Origin: an uncultured bacterium
GTDB taxonomy: Bacteria; Babelota; Babeliae; Babelales; Babelaceae
Length of the DNA: 64,000 bases
Direction: 5' to 3'
Assembly: GCA_963722385.1 (NCBI GenBank)
Contig: CAVRKK010000002.1
Coordinates: 1,184,001 to 1,248,000, forward strand
Shown piece by piece: positions 1 through 10,345 of the stretch (position 1 is its first letter; every line of letters starts with the position of its first letter). The notes under the pieces were generated by a model. The model was not told the DNA's origin. It saw only the letters and a list, made by a program, of their open reading frames with translations, and did no database searches. The position numbers and the translations under genes are program-made.

Positions 1-372
1 ATGTAGCACCTGTGGGACAAGAGTTATAAAAGTTTCATGAGGTTAGCATCGCCTTACCTATGCGTATATTGTGTCGCCTATAGGAGGCAGGTGCTGCTAG
101 GGCCCGGCCCGAGGTGTCCTGCATTGTCGTGGTTGTTGCGCTAGGCAAATACAAAAAGAGCTTTTTTAACGCTTATTCTCTTAATAAAGTTGGTTAACTA
201 AAATGTCTTTGAGCTATGCCTGTTAAGATATCGCCAAGCATTTCGATATTATTCATGGATAGTTTAGATTTACCTGCCAAAATCTTTTTCCAGGCTTGAA
301 TACAGTTATCTAAAGAAACTATGGTATAAGGTGGGCAATCGAGGTAAATATACTCGTTGTTAAGATTCTCAA

Positions 373-498
373 GGTACTAATTCAGGAGCACCAGGAATAG
401 TGCTTACACCATTTAAAAGCAGCAATCCTATTATACATAACGCTGGTCAAGCAAATGCTGTAGCTGTACAAAAGGATGGTAAAATCCTTCTTGCAGGA
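373..498 (+). pseudogene. Fragment of a delta-60-repeat beta-propeller protein
   Basis: Translates GTNSGAPGIVLTPF...ANAVAVQKDGKILLAG, matching the 'AVAVQxDGKIxxAG' delta-60 repeat; no proper start, runs directly into transposase sequence. Confidence 0.6.
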
Positions 499-499
499 T

Positions 500-1657
500 C
501 AAGATGTGAGCTAATAGAAACATGGGGAATGGAGCAAGAAAAGCAAAAAGCAGATGAAGCGCAGCTGAATAATTCGCAGCTGAGACGACATTCAAAAAAA
601 ATTATACTGGCAAATAAAATGTGGCCAAGTAACAGTTAAAGAAACGATATTTATCGAAAACGGCAAAGTAAGAAGGCTTTTTTCTGAATCAGCGCGAGTA
701 ACCTGTAGGGGTATTCAGGGCCATTACAGCGGTATTGGTAGACTTTGGCGCAGATGTGTCATTTGCTGATGCTGCCAAAAAAAATCAAAGAGCATTATGG
801 CATCGATATTCCAGCAAGTAGTATCAGGCTTATTGTAGAAAAGCATGCATATGAAATGGCGCAATCAAACAATAATCCAGTAAACAATAAGTAGGTTCAG
901 AGCATATCATAGGAAAATTGGATGGTAGTTCCAATAGTAACAATTGGACAAGCTGAAGATAAAAGAAAAGCGCAAAAAACAGGATGGCAAGAAGCAAGGT
1001 TATCACTTGCATACGCAAAAGGAAGTATATCGCCTATATACCGAGCAACATTGGGCTCGACTGATGATGCTGGTAATCAGCTAGCAGAAGTTGTTGATGC
1101 AGCCGGAAGGAACGAATCAACTTGCATACACATCGTAAGCGATGGTGCGCCATGGATAGCGGAGCAGGTTGAAAGAGTCATTGGAAGCTCAGCGTATTAT
1201 CTAATAGACTTTATCATCTAAGTACATATCTGAGCGAAGCGGCGAATTGCTGCGCCCCATCGGAAAAAGATAGTTGGCTTAAGCTAAAACAAGCTCTTGT
1301 TAAAGAAAACAAAGCCGAATTGATCATACAAGAGCTTGAAGAGCATATAAAACAAGATCAGGAAGGTTCTCATATCTGTGGTGTTAAAACATGCTATCAG
1401 TACATGATAAAGCGCATGCATCAACTTGATTACCAAAGCGTGCTAGCATCCGATCTGCCAATTGGATCAGGAAGCATAGAAAGCGCGCATAAATCTATTA
1501 TTCAGAAGAGGCTTAAGCTTTCAGGCGCCTGGTGGCTAGAATGCAACGCGTAGGCTATGCTTTCTATGCGTACTGCTCGAGCTAACGGCGCTTGGAACAG
1601 TTACTGGGCACAGCGCTCTCCTAGCTCTCGCTTTCACTAACACTTTTGTTTGCACCC
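500..1657 (+). mobile_element. Decayed ISKra4-family insertion sequence (transposase pseudogene, right end preserved)
   Basis: Frame-broken pieces LYWQ..., VDFGADVSF...KEHYGI, SDGAPWI, LIDF(YH)L, LPIGSGSIESAHKSIIQKRLKLSGAWW; several frameshifts and stops; ends in CACTTTTGTTTGCACCC (1641-1657), a CACCC-type terminus. Confidence 0.8.
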
Positions 1658-2008
1658 GGCGTCAAACGAGGCAAATTGAGCCTGCGTATAATAGACAGCC
1701 CATTGGCCAGGATTTTTGTTCTGCTGTGTTAAAAACTAAAAACTAATTTTTAGATATTTTTTGTCTTTGAGTTGGTCAGGCAAGAAGGATCGCTGGTTTG
1801 CATCATCAAAGACAATCGTCAATGATATGGCGAGTAAACATTTTCCACCTGCTTATTGTTTTTTCTTCAAGCAGCCCTGCTGCGTCTTCGCGTTTGCGTA
1901 AATTCAAATGATACGATAAACTTACCAATAAAGCCTTAAAGGTCAAGTTTGACCTATCTCTGGCCAACTTCATGCTTCTATTTTCGATCAAGGAAGGATC
2001 ATCGCTGT

Positions 2009-3544
2009 ATGAAATTTAAAGATCTGCTTATACCGCTTGCCCTATCATTAGTAACGGCATGGGGAATTCATTATTTTATTTCCCGCAATGCCCAGAAAGA
2101 GGGCTCTGTCTTGCGCCCTGGGCAAAGCTTTACCGCCCTTACGCAGGAAGAAATCAATCAGCAGATAGCCCAGCCTCTTCTAACAACGGTATCATTTCTC
2201 CCCCCTACGGGCACTGCTGAGAAAATAACCATAAATACCTCTTATGGGGTTGCCCAGTTTACTACCGAGTCCGGATCATTGGACATGCTGAGTTTTAGGC
2301 GTATGCTGAGCGGTAAAGAGCGCGTGCTTATTCCTGTTGATGCGCAACAAAATATTGAGCGGGCTGGATTTATGGTGGCGTTAGATAGCCAAACGCCGCT
2401 CACGTACGCTTTGACTGACAAACAAGAGGCTGCCGACCATACACGTCTGACATATCGTGGTCAAGGACCTACGGCCCATATCACCAAAGAATTTACCGTT
2501 TATAACGATGTGCCTCGAATAGACGTACGGCTCACGATCGAGCCACAAGAGAGCGCTGGCGTCCGAGCACGTATCATGGTGCCTTCGCCCCTGGTGGCAG
2601 AAGCCGACCAAGATTATGTTCCGCAAGGGCTTGTCTATACTGACCGGCAGCGACTCCAGAAACAAAAGATAGGTCAATTAGTTCACCAGTTCTGGTTTGC
2701 GCCCTCATTGCTTGGTGCTGAGGATCGCTATTTTATTAATGCCCTTGTCAGTGACCCCGATAGCTTTACGCGCCGTGCGTATTATACCGGTGCAACGCCA
2801 GAAACGTTATCATTTATTCTCGAAGGCTCTGTTGTTAAAGAACCACGAACATGGAATCTATCATTTTATTGTGGGCCCAAAGACGCCCATGTCATGGAAA
2901 AAGTTGATAAGCGACTCGATGCTGCGTTAGATTACGGGTGGCTGTCACCGCTCGTTAAGATACTCTTAAGCGCGCTTAAATTTCTGTACCAGTATGTTAA
3001 AAATTATGGCTGGGCCATTATTTTGCTGACCTTGCTTATGCGCTTATTGCTGATACCATTAACGTTTAGAAGCAGCAAGGCTATGGAGAAGCAGAAGGAA
3101 TTCCAGCGCAAAATGCAGTATATTGAGCAAAAATATAAGAATGATCCGGATGCCCTTAATCGTGAACGTATGGAGCTTACCCGGAAGTATGGCCTTACCA
3201 ATGTTCTTGGGTGCCTGCCGCAGCTCGCTCAGTTGCCGATTCTGCTTGCTTTAAATAGGCTTTTGTCCACATCGGTGGAGCTTTACCAAGCGCCTTTTGC
3301 GGGATGGATCACCGATCTGTCAGCTCGTGATCCATATTATGTGTTGCCGGTGCTTGCTGGCGTGGGCTTGTTCATTCAGGTGAGTACTGATGCAGATGCA
3401 CGCCGCGGTATTACCATGCTTTTGTTTGCTGCATTGCTTGTCGCGCTGACAGCACATTTATCAGCAGGATTAACGCTGTATTTGTGTATTAGCACCTGGT
3501 TAAGTATTGGGCAGACATATCTCCAAAAGGCTTTGAAGATATGA
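2009..3544 (+). CDS. yidC: Membrane protein insertase YidC
   Basis: N-terminal TM, periplasmic domain, DYGWL...NYGWAIILLT...GCLP...GWITDLSARDPYYVLP; ATG at 2009 follows AGGAAGGA. Confidence 0.95.
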   Translation: MKFKDLLIPLALSLVTAWGIHYFISRNAQKEGSVLRPGQSFTALTQEEINQQIAQPLLTTVSFLPPTGTAEKITINTSYGVAQFTTESGSLDMLSFRRMLSGKERVLIPVDAQQNIERAGFMVALDSQTPLTYALTDKQEAADHTRLTYRGQGPTAHITKEFTVYNDVPRIDVRLTIEPQESAGVRARIMVPSPLVAEADQDYVPQGLVYTDRQRLQKQKIGQLVHQFWFAPSLLGAEDRYFINALVSDPDSFTRRAYYTGATPETLSFILEGSVVKEPRTWNLSFYCGPKDAHVMEKVDKRLDAALDYGWLSPLVKILLSALKFLYQYVKNYGWAIILLTLLMRLLLIPLTFRSSKAMEKQKEFQRKMQYIEQKYKNDPDALNRERMELTRKYGLTNVLGCLPQLAQLPILLALNRLLSTSVELYQAPFAGWITDLSARDPYYVLPVLAGVGLFIQVSTDADARRGITMLLFAALLVALTAHLSAGLTLYLCISTWLSIGQTYLQKALKI

Positions 3545-4164
3545 TCGATAAGCTACCAACGCTGACAAACCTGCTCAAGCAGCTCCAGCAGGTGCCTTAT
3601 TTGGCATCAAAGCATTTTTACCGTGTTGCTAACCACTTCTTGGAAATGAGCCCTGAGCGGATTGAACAGTTTTGTAGTCTTTTGATAGCGGCGCGCAAGC
3701 AGCTTGCTAAATGCGCGACATGCTGGAGTTGGAAGGAGACTTCAGCAGCTTGTATTTTTTGTTCAGATGCTAAGCGTAATCAGCGCGTGGTATGTGTTGT
3801 GGAGACGTGGTATGATCTTTGGGCATTAGAACGTGCTGGCGGCTATCAGGGGGTCTATCATGTGCTTGGTGGTTCGATTTGCCCTTTGGACGGCGTAGGA
3901 CCTGAAGACTTGACGATACAGCATCTCATTGAACGGGTAGCACGTGGCTGCGACGAGATTATTTTGGCATTGAGCCAGACACCTGAAGGCGAGGCGACAG
4001 GTGCTTTTATAGGGCGCAGGCTGGAACAGAGTGCAACCCTTGACGGAATTACCACGTCTACAAAAATTACCTGCTTAGCACGCGGTATTCCCGTTGGCTC
4101 ATCATTGGAGACGCTTGATCGGTTAACGCTCCATAAAGCGCTGAATGAACGACGACCATTTTGA
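3541..4164 (+). CDS. recR: Recombination mediator RecR
   Basis: C4 zinc finger (CATC...CIFC), YHVLGGSICPLDGVGP, Toprim EGEAT, LARGIPVG; ATGA overlap with yidC. Confidence 0.95.
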   Translation: MIDKLPTLTNLLKQLQQVPYLASKHFYRVANHFLEMSPERIEQFCSLLIAARKQLAKCATCWSWKETSAACIFCSDAKRNQRVVCVVETWYDLWALERAGGYQGVYHVLGGSICPLDGVGPEDLTIQHLIERVARGCDEIILALSQTPEGEATGAFIGRRLEQSATLDGITTSTKITCLARGIPVGSSLETLDRLTLHKALNERRPF

Positions 4165-4195
4165 TTGTTAATTATTTTTTTTGAGAGTGGTAGCT

Positions 4196-5521
4196 ATGCA
4201 AAATCAGCACAAGCAACATGAAATGTACAAATTGAGGCGCCAAAATCTTGTTAAGCTTATCAAAGAGCAGTACCCGGATGTCCGCTCCGGGGTTATTATG
4301 CTTATCGCAGGATTTGAGCAGTCACGCTACGAATTTCGTCAGGAAAGTTCCTTTTATTACTTTACGGGCATAGAGGAGCCTGGCATAATTTTGTTGATTG
4401 ACCTGGATGGACAAACAACGCTGTATGCGCCCCACTATGCGACCGATCGGGCCCAATGGGCATCCGACAGCGTAGCGCCTGGTACCGGTCAAGCTGAAAA
4501 GCGAGGAGTTGATACGGTTGAATTTTTAGGCAAATCGGTGGATGGGTATGTTTTTCCCTTACTTTTTAATAATGACCATGTGGCTTTTTTGGTCGAAAAA
4601 CTTAAGCATGTCAGCCAGCAAGGCGGGGTGATATTTTCTCTTAATAACAGCAATCCACGTGCTTATACTGAACAAAAGATAGCGCTTGAACGCTTGCAAA
4701 GCTTTATGGCTACTAAGCAAGAGGTAAAAGATATAGCGGCCATGGTTGCGCGGCTGAGAAGGGTCAAATCGCGTTACGAGATTGAGCAACTTTACAAAGC
4801 GGTTGAGCTTACCATGATTGCGCAGGAGGGAGCGGCAGCGACGCTCGAAGAAGGCAAAAAAGAGTATGAGGTTCAAGCTGGCATTGAGTATGTTTTCCGC
4901 GAAGGGAATGCCCGCTTAGCTTTTTCCTCTATCGTAGCAACGGGCAGTAATACGGTGGTTTTGCACTATAGGGCGGGCACGCGCAGCATGAAGCCCCAGG
5001 ACCTTGTTGTCATTGATATCGGGGCCGAGGTTAATTATTATTGTGCAGACCTAACGCGCACGTATCCTGTGTCAGGAACTTTTACCAAAAGGCAACGTGA
5101 GGTCTATAATATCGTGCTTGATGCTCAAGAATATATCGCGAGTATCGCAGCGCCGGGCTACTGGCTTAATAATAAAAAAGAAGAAAAAAAATCGCTCAAT
5201 CATTTGGCGCAGGAATACTTGGGCAAAAAGGGATATGGCGCCTACTTTTCCCATTCTATCGGGCATTATTTGGGCCTTGATGTACATGATGTCGGTAGTT
5301 ATGAGGAGCCATTACAAGAGAACGATGTTATCACGATTGAGCCAGGCATCTATCTACCCGAGGAAGGCTTTGGTATACGTATCGAAGATGATTACTGGGT
5401 CATTAAAGATAGTGTTATGTGCCTAAGTCAGGATTTAGCAAAAGATGCAGAAACTATAGAAGAGATGGCACAAGCTGAATTGACCTTAGGTGAGGAAGCG
5501 GACGAAGAGGGATTTCATTAA
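4196..5521 (+). CDS. pepP: Xaa-Pro aminopeptidase (M24B)
   Basis: FRQESSFYYFTG N-domain; DIGAE, YCADLTRT, HSIGHYLGLDVHD, TIEPGIY, GIRIEDD metal motifs. Confidence 0.92.
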   Translation: MQNQHKQHEMYKLRRQNLVKLIKEQYPDVRSGVIMLIAGFEQSRYEFRQESSFYYFTGIEEPGIILLIDLDGQTTLYAPHYATDRAQWASDSVAPGTGQAEKRGVDTVEFLGKSVDGYVFPLLFNNDHVAFLVEKLKHVSQQGGVIFSLNNSNPRAYTEQKIALERLQSFMATKQEVKDIAAMVARLRRVKSRYEIEQLYKAVELTMIAQEGAAATLEEGKKEYEVQAGIEYVFREGNARLAFSSIVATGSNTVVLHYRAGTRSMKPQDLVVIDIGAEVNYYCADLTRTYPVSGTFTKRQREVYNIVLDAQEYIASIAAPGYWLNNKKEEKKSLNHLAQEYLGKKGYGAYFSHSIGHYLGLDVHDVGSYEEPLQENDVITIEPGIYLPEEGFGIRIEDDYWVIKDSVMCLSQDLAKDAETIEEMAQAELTLGEEADEEGFH

Positions 5522-5694
5522 GCCTTTTTCATGAGCTCGAGAATAAGTTTAGTACGCTTGGGCGGGTTTGCGTGTCTGCTCATGCATGCACGTGAGTTGG
5601 TTCATGGCCAGGAAATTGGTTACCGTTATTGTCCAAGCGCTCGCTTAAGCTCTCAATCAACAAATTTATGCTCACCGTAGTGTAGAGAAGCTGT

Positions 5695-6456
5695 TCAAAA
5701 TCGCAATTCGCGGGTTGGCCTAGGAGTGAATTCGGCTAATAATTTTTCAAGTGCATGAAGCGCATTCGCAAAATGTTGTTGAGATAAGTGCTGATCCTGA
5801 ATATGTTGCCTACATTCTATTAACGTATATAAATTATGAATAACACCCGTGTTTAACAGTAGGCCACCAATTATAGAGGGTATGGCGCGGTGCCGGAAGG
5901 AATCAGATCTATAAGCGAACCAGAAAAGGTACGTTGCCATGACGGTGCTCGCAGCGCCGAGAGTAAAGCTTGCACCCATGTTTATTTTGGTTCTTGTTAT
6001 ACTTTTCTCGGCTTCTGTTGTTTTTTTAAGGCACCATTCCTTGAGCTCTTGAAGCTTTGTCGATGAAAGCTTTTCGCGGTTCTCGTTTCCTGATACCACG
6101 TCGTAGAATAGTTTGGTTTCGAAGAGCTTATCAGAGTCGTCATAGGTAGCTTGTGCGCCAAAGAAAGAATAGATCAAATCCCAAAAACGGTTTATTTCTC
6201 GCTCGCTATTATCTGGAATATCGCCAAGGCGTAAAGGCTTAAGGCCGTCAAGCCAAGCTTTCTGAATTTGATCATAAGTAAACAGCCATAGATCATCTGG
6301 ATCTAGCTGGGCGACGAGTGCATTGCTCTCAGAATCTAACGTGATTTCAGCTTTAACAATCTCTCTATTCACATTTTTTGATTGATCATAGAGTTTGTTA
6401 TTACCAAGCAGAGGATGCGTAGACAAAAATAGGGCAAAAAGAATAAGTTTTAGCAT
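5695..6456 (-). CDS. Hypothetical exported/membrane protein (signal peptide, two C-terminal hydrophobic helices)
   Basis: Long ORF; probable start MLKLILFALFLSTHPLLG at 6456. Confidence 0.7.
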   Translation of the reverse strand: MLKLILFALFLSTHPLLGNNKLYDQSKNVNREIVKAEITLDSESNALVAQLDPDDLWLFTYDQIQKAWLDGLKPLRLGDIPDNSEREINRFWDLIYSFFGAQATYDDSDKLFETKLFYDVVSGNENREKLSSTKLQELKEWCLKKTTEAEKSITRTKINMGASFTLGAASTVMATYLFWFAYRSDSFRHRAIPSIIGGLLLNTGVIHNLYTLIECRQHIQDQHLSQQHFANALHALEKLLAEFTPRPTRELRF

Positions 6457-6639
6457 GTGTATCCTAAAGTTATGCGATATATCAATCAATGATAATAAAT
6501 AAGTGCAGTTGCGGAATATAATAGAACAAGGGTAAGAGCTTGTCAAAACAGTATTTAATCTTATATGGCTAAGATGATCAGATATCTTAACTTTGTTGTT
6601 AAGTAATTCTGTCCGTTACGGTTAAAAACGAGCTTTTAT

Positions 6640-7026
6640 TTAGATTGCTTCTATCGCGTCTTTAACGAAATTTAGGATTTTTTCCGCATCTTGAATACAT
6701 TTTTCGACTACCGTAAGATTAGGTACTATGAAGGCATCTTCTGGGTAGCGACACTTTATCGCATAAGGATTTAAATTTAAGGCTTCATCAAGTAAAGATT
6801 GAAATTCTTGATTAACCTTTATGCAAGATCTTAAAAGATCAAGGAGATTATGTGTCTTTTCTATTTCGCAGCCGTGAATAACCAGATAGGCTTTTAATGC
6901 TTTCTCGGCCGCCTGCTGGGTAAGAAAAACGGTGGGTATTACAATTATGTCATCTGATTGTATGGCTTTTTTTGCTAGTTTTAGCTCTTCTGAGCTTATC
7001 AAAAGCCATTCTTCATGCCTTTGCAT
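6640..7026 (-). CDS. HEPN domain protein (COG2250 type), partner of MNT
   Basis: QQAAEKALKA...KTHNL...LNPYAIKCRYP; overlaps the upstream nucleotidyltransferase gene. Confidence 0.88.
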   Translation of the reverse strand: MQRHEEWLLISSEELKLAKKAIQSDDIIVIPTVFLTQQAAEKALKAYLVIHGCEIEKTHNLLDLLRSCIKVNQEFQSLLDEALNLNPYAIKCRYPEDAFIVPNLTVVEKCIQDAEKILNFVKDAIEAI

Positions 7027-7333
7027 AGATTTTTATACCTCTATGTCTTATCTTAAAACTCAGTCGAGTTACATCTTGTGAATATGTTTCAAATTCTTGT
7101 TTTGTCAAAATGATTAGGTCCTTTGAAAATTCCAAGTCGAAAAGCTCTCTATGCCCAGCTATGAGCATCTTGTGTTTGTCGATAACATCTTCATCAACAA
7201 TAACGGCAAGATCTAAATCACTATTTTCCCTGGGTTGCCCCCAGGCGTAGGAACCAAAAAGATATATTTCTAATGGATCTAAAGCTTTAATAAGCCTTTT
7301 TTTCGCTTCTTCTATTGCTTGCCTACTTATCAT
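7013..7333 (-). CDS. Minimal nucleotidyltransferase (MNT)
   Basis: LFGSYAWG...SDLDL motif, 106 aa, coupled to HEPN gene. Confidence 0.9.
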   Translation of the reverse strand: MISRQAIEEAKKRLIKALDPLEIYLFGSYAWGQPRENSDLDLAVIVDEDVIDKHKMLIAGHRELFDLEFSKDLIILTKQEFETYSQDVTRLSFKIRHRGIKIYAKA

Positions 7334-7566
7334 CGGTTACCTCACTTAACTATTTATATATTAATATTGTACATCTATCATGAGCTATTACTAGTGTTTA
7401 TAAGGTCCTTAGTAAAAAGAGGGTTTCTTGGATCGAAGTTTTCAAACAACTTAAGCCATGAATGCAGACAACGTAAACAACAAGGGCCCTTAAGAAGATT
7501 TATCACGGTTGTTGTTTGACCTAAAGCTGTTATACTTTCTGTGCAATAAGCTAACGAAAATATATC

Positions 7567-8613
7567 ATGCATAAACCTGCTCTTTTGATCACTGGTGGTG
7601 CCGGCTATATCGGATCACACTGTGCTTTTCATTTAGCCAGCCAGGGCTATCAAGTGGTAGTTCTTGACATAGCTCGAACAAAGCCCATGGGTGCTTGGGC
7701 GACTTTTGTCCATGGCGACTTTTCTGATACGATTCTTGTATCAGAGCTTTTAAGGGCGTATAACATTCAAGCGGTAATTCATTGCGCTGCATTTATTCAG
7801 GTGGGTGAGTCAGTAAGCGATCCGCTTAAGTACTACATGAATAACGTTGCTAAAACTATAGCGCTCCTGCAAACAATGCTTGCCCATAACGTAAAAAAGC
7901 TCATATTTTCGTCGAGCGCTGCCGTTTACGGAACACCCTCAATGCCCTTATTAGATGAAAATCACCCACCAAGCCCCATTAATCCCTACGGCACAAGTAA
8001 GCTCATGATCGAACAGGTCATGAGCGATATGTACCATGCCTACGGCCTTAATTTTGTGGCATTGCGGTATTTTAATGTCGCAGGCGCATGGGCCGAGCAT
8101 AATTTAGGAGAGTGCCATATACCGGAGACACATATTATTCCCCTGATGATTCAAGCATGCGTACAAGAAAAACCCTTCACGCTCTATGGCGCGGATTATG
8201 AAACACCCGACGGGACCTGCATAAGGGATTACGTACATGTGGGCGATGTAGCTTATGCTCATGAGCGCGCGCTTGCATATCTTTTGGCAGGTCAAAAGTC
8301 CGACTTTTTTAATATAGGCACCGGCCAGGGCCGCTCGATAAGGGACCTCGCCAATATCGTACAACAAGTGGTGGGCAAACCTTTAAAACTGATCAAAGGG
8401 CCGCGAAGAGCGGGGGATCCATCGATGCTGGTAGCCAGCATCCAAAAAGCACAGTTACTCCTCGCATGGGAACCTCTCCATCGTGACCTAGACCAGGTAA
8501 TTTCAAGTGCTTATGCTTATCAGAGGCTCAGGGCTATCCCAGAAAACGCCTTAACGTTTTCTGCTTCGCATATAGATAACCACCATACATGCTATCAACC
8601 CGACGATAAGTGA
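7567..8613 (+). CDS. galE: UDP-glucose 4-epimerase
   Basis: TGGAGYIGSH, VGESV, FSSSAAVYG, YGTSK, LRYFN, DGTCIRDYVHV. Confidence 0.93.
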   Translation: MHKPALLITGGAGYIGSHCAFHLASQGYQVVVLDIARTKPMGAWATFVHGDFSDTILVSELLRAYNIQAVIHCAAFIQVGESVSDPLKYYMNNVAKTIALLQTMLAHNVKKLIFSSSAAVYGTPSMPLLDENHPPSPINPYGTSKLMIEQVMSDMYHAYGLNFVALRYFNVAGAWAEHNLGECHIPETHIIPLMIQACVQEKPFTLYGADYETPDGTCIRDYVHVGDVAYAHERALAYLLAGQKSDFFNIGTGQGRSIRDLANIVQQVVGKPLKLIKGPRRAGDPSMLVASIQKAQLLLAWEPLHRDLDQVISSAYAYQRLRAIPENALTFSASHIDNHHTCYQPDDK

Positions 8614-10164
8614 AACAGAGCATCGTAGCCAAAAAGGACTTTGGTGTAAAAAGCCGACACACAAGAAAGCAAGCGCAGCACCCGTTAACGGGGCAAGCGA
8701 ATAGCCGGCTTGTGTTTGGACATGGTCCAGATGATAAGATTGAGCACTCGTCGAGGCCATGACGGTGGCATCAGTGATAGGCGATAAATGGCTCCCAGCT
8801 ATCGCCCCTGACAAGAGAGCTCCTATAACAGGCGCAATCTGATAGAGGTCGTCCAGCGAAACGAGTGGAGGATTGCCCAAAAATTTAACAATCAATGGTA
8901 ATGCGAGGGGCATAAGCAGCATAATGCTTCCCCATGATGATCCTGTGCTGGCGGTAGTTAAAGCACTTGCCAGAAAAACAATTACGGGTATAAGCGTTAA
9001 ATCAAGCGTATTTGAAAGTAAGCGTGCTACGTATTCACCGGTATGCAGATCTGTCTGGAGCATGGTTGATAATGTCCAGGCAAGCCAAAGAATAATTAAT
9101 GAATTTTTCATGAGCATAAATCCCTGCCAGCTTAAACTGACCAGCCGGGAAGGCGTTACGGTTTTTTTGAGGGTGATGCTCAAAGCGATCATTACGGTCG
9201 CGCATACGCTGCCAGCGCAGAGGGCGAAGATACTATTACCGCTCATAAATGCCGCTGATAGTGATGACGTTCCGCCAAAAAGGGTATAATGCCCGGTTGC
9301 CAAGAGTACGGTAACGCAGACGATGATAAAAATGATCAATGGCAATATAACATCCCAGATTGAACCTGTTTGAGCCGAATCGGGCAGCTCCTTGTGCATT
9401 ACGAGTTCAGTTTTTCCGCCAAAAAGGTTGCCATCGCGAAGACTTTGCTCTTCATACCGATGCATGAGGCCGTATGAAATGTTACGTGTCACAACGTACC
9501 ATGCAGCGAAAATGCTCAAAATCGGGTAGAAGAGGAACGGTACAATATATAAATAGAGGCGAAAGGGGTCGGTAATAATCAGGGAGCCCGGGATTGCCAT
9601 TTTATGTACCCCCGAGGCTTCCAATTGTGTTAAGATCATGCCTACCCAGCTGCTGGCTGGTACAAGCACCGCTAAAGGAGAGCTCACTGAATTGAGCAGA
9701 TAGGCGAGCTTTGCCCGGGGAACTTTGAAATGGTCGGTTATAGGACGCATAATAGACCCCACCATGAGGGCGCTGAGGTAGTCATCGACAAAAAAACAGC
9801 ATGAAAGAGCTAAAGATGCCATCTGCGCTGTGCGACGAGTGGTAAGGCTCTTGAGTAAGGCTCTGGTGAATATCCGGAGCCCTCCGGTAAATGTCATACA
9901 CTCAATAAGAATCCCCAGAAAAATAAGAAAGCCAAACATGAGGATTTTGTCATATGAGCCCGTATGGTAGAGAACGTCAGGAATGCCCGTTTGTTCGATC
10001 AAGCGGCTCGTGACCAGCCCAAGAGCAGGTAGTACGGAAAAATTGGTAGCGATTAATCCTGCTGCAAGAATGCCCACCAGCAACGAAATGAGCACATTGC
10101 GTGTCAGGAGGGCTAAAGCGAAAATAAGACAAGGAGGTACAAGTACGAGAGCACTCGGATTCAT
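8551..10164 (-). CDS. Na+/H+ antiporter NhaC-family membrane transporter
   Basis: Polytopic; FVDDY, KVPRAKLAY, TGSSWG, GSHLSPITDATVMAS..., HVQTQ motifs. Confidence 0.85.
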   Translation of the reverse strand: MNPSALVLVPPCLIFALALLTRNVLISLLVGILAAGLIATNFSVLPALGLVTSRLIEQTGIPDVLYHTGSYDKILMFGFLIFLGILIECMTFTGGLRIFTRALLKSLTTRRTAQMASLALSCCFFVDDYLSALMVGSIMRPITDHFKVPRAKLAYLLNSVSSPLAVLVPASSWVGMILTQLEASGVHKMAIPGSLIITDPFRLYLYIVPFLFYPILSIFAAWYVVTRNISYGLMHRYEEQSLRDGNLFGGKTELVMHKELPDSAQTGSIWDVILPLIIFIIVCVTVLLATGHYTLFGGTSSLSAAFMSGNSIFALCAGSVCATVMIALSITLKKTVTPSRLVSLSWQGFMLMKNSLIILWLAWTLSTMLQTDLHTGEYVARLLSNTLDLTLIPVIVFLASALTTASTGSSWGSIMLLMPLALPLIVKFLGNPPLVSLDDLYQIAPVIGALLSGAIAGSHLSPITDATVMASTSAQSYHLDHVQTQAGYSLAPLTGAALAFLCVGFLHQSPFWLRCSVSLIVGLIACMVVIYMRSRKR

Positions 10165-10345
10165 ATAATTCCCGGTTTAAGTTGACCAATGTTTGCTTTT
10201 CATTTAATATTGTAACATAAATCCTTGTGCTGTAACGGTCAAGTTAGTTTTTTTGTACTCAAGGTACCCAGAGGGCTGTGCTCAAAAAGTGCTTGATGGC
10301 TAGTGTAGGGTAACGTATTATTTTATGGTGAGGGGCCGAGTTTTT

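Noticed and set aside
1..372. Minus-strand reading fragment (LENLNNEYIYLDCPPY...RHFS*) and a GC-rich patch at 80-150
   Set aside because: No start or recognisable family; cannot be assigned from this window
1949..2008. Longer TTG start for yidC (similar upstream extensions for tuf, rplQ, FkbM, DUF1328)
   Set aside because: Downstream ATGs fit family N-termini or signal peptides better, most with a clear RBS
10240..10330. Possible structured L13 leader RNA
   Set aside because: No convincing stem or family motif identifiable by eye; needs an Infernal/Rfam search
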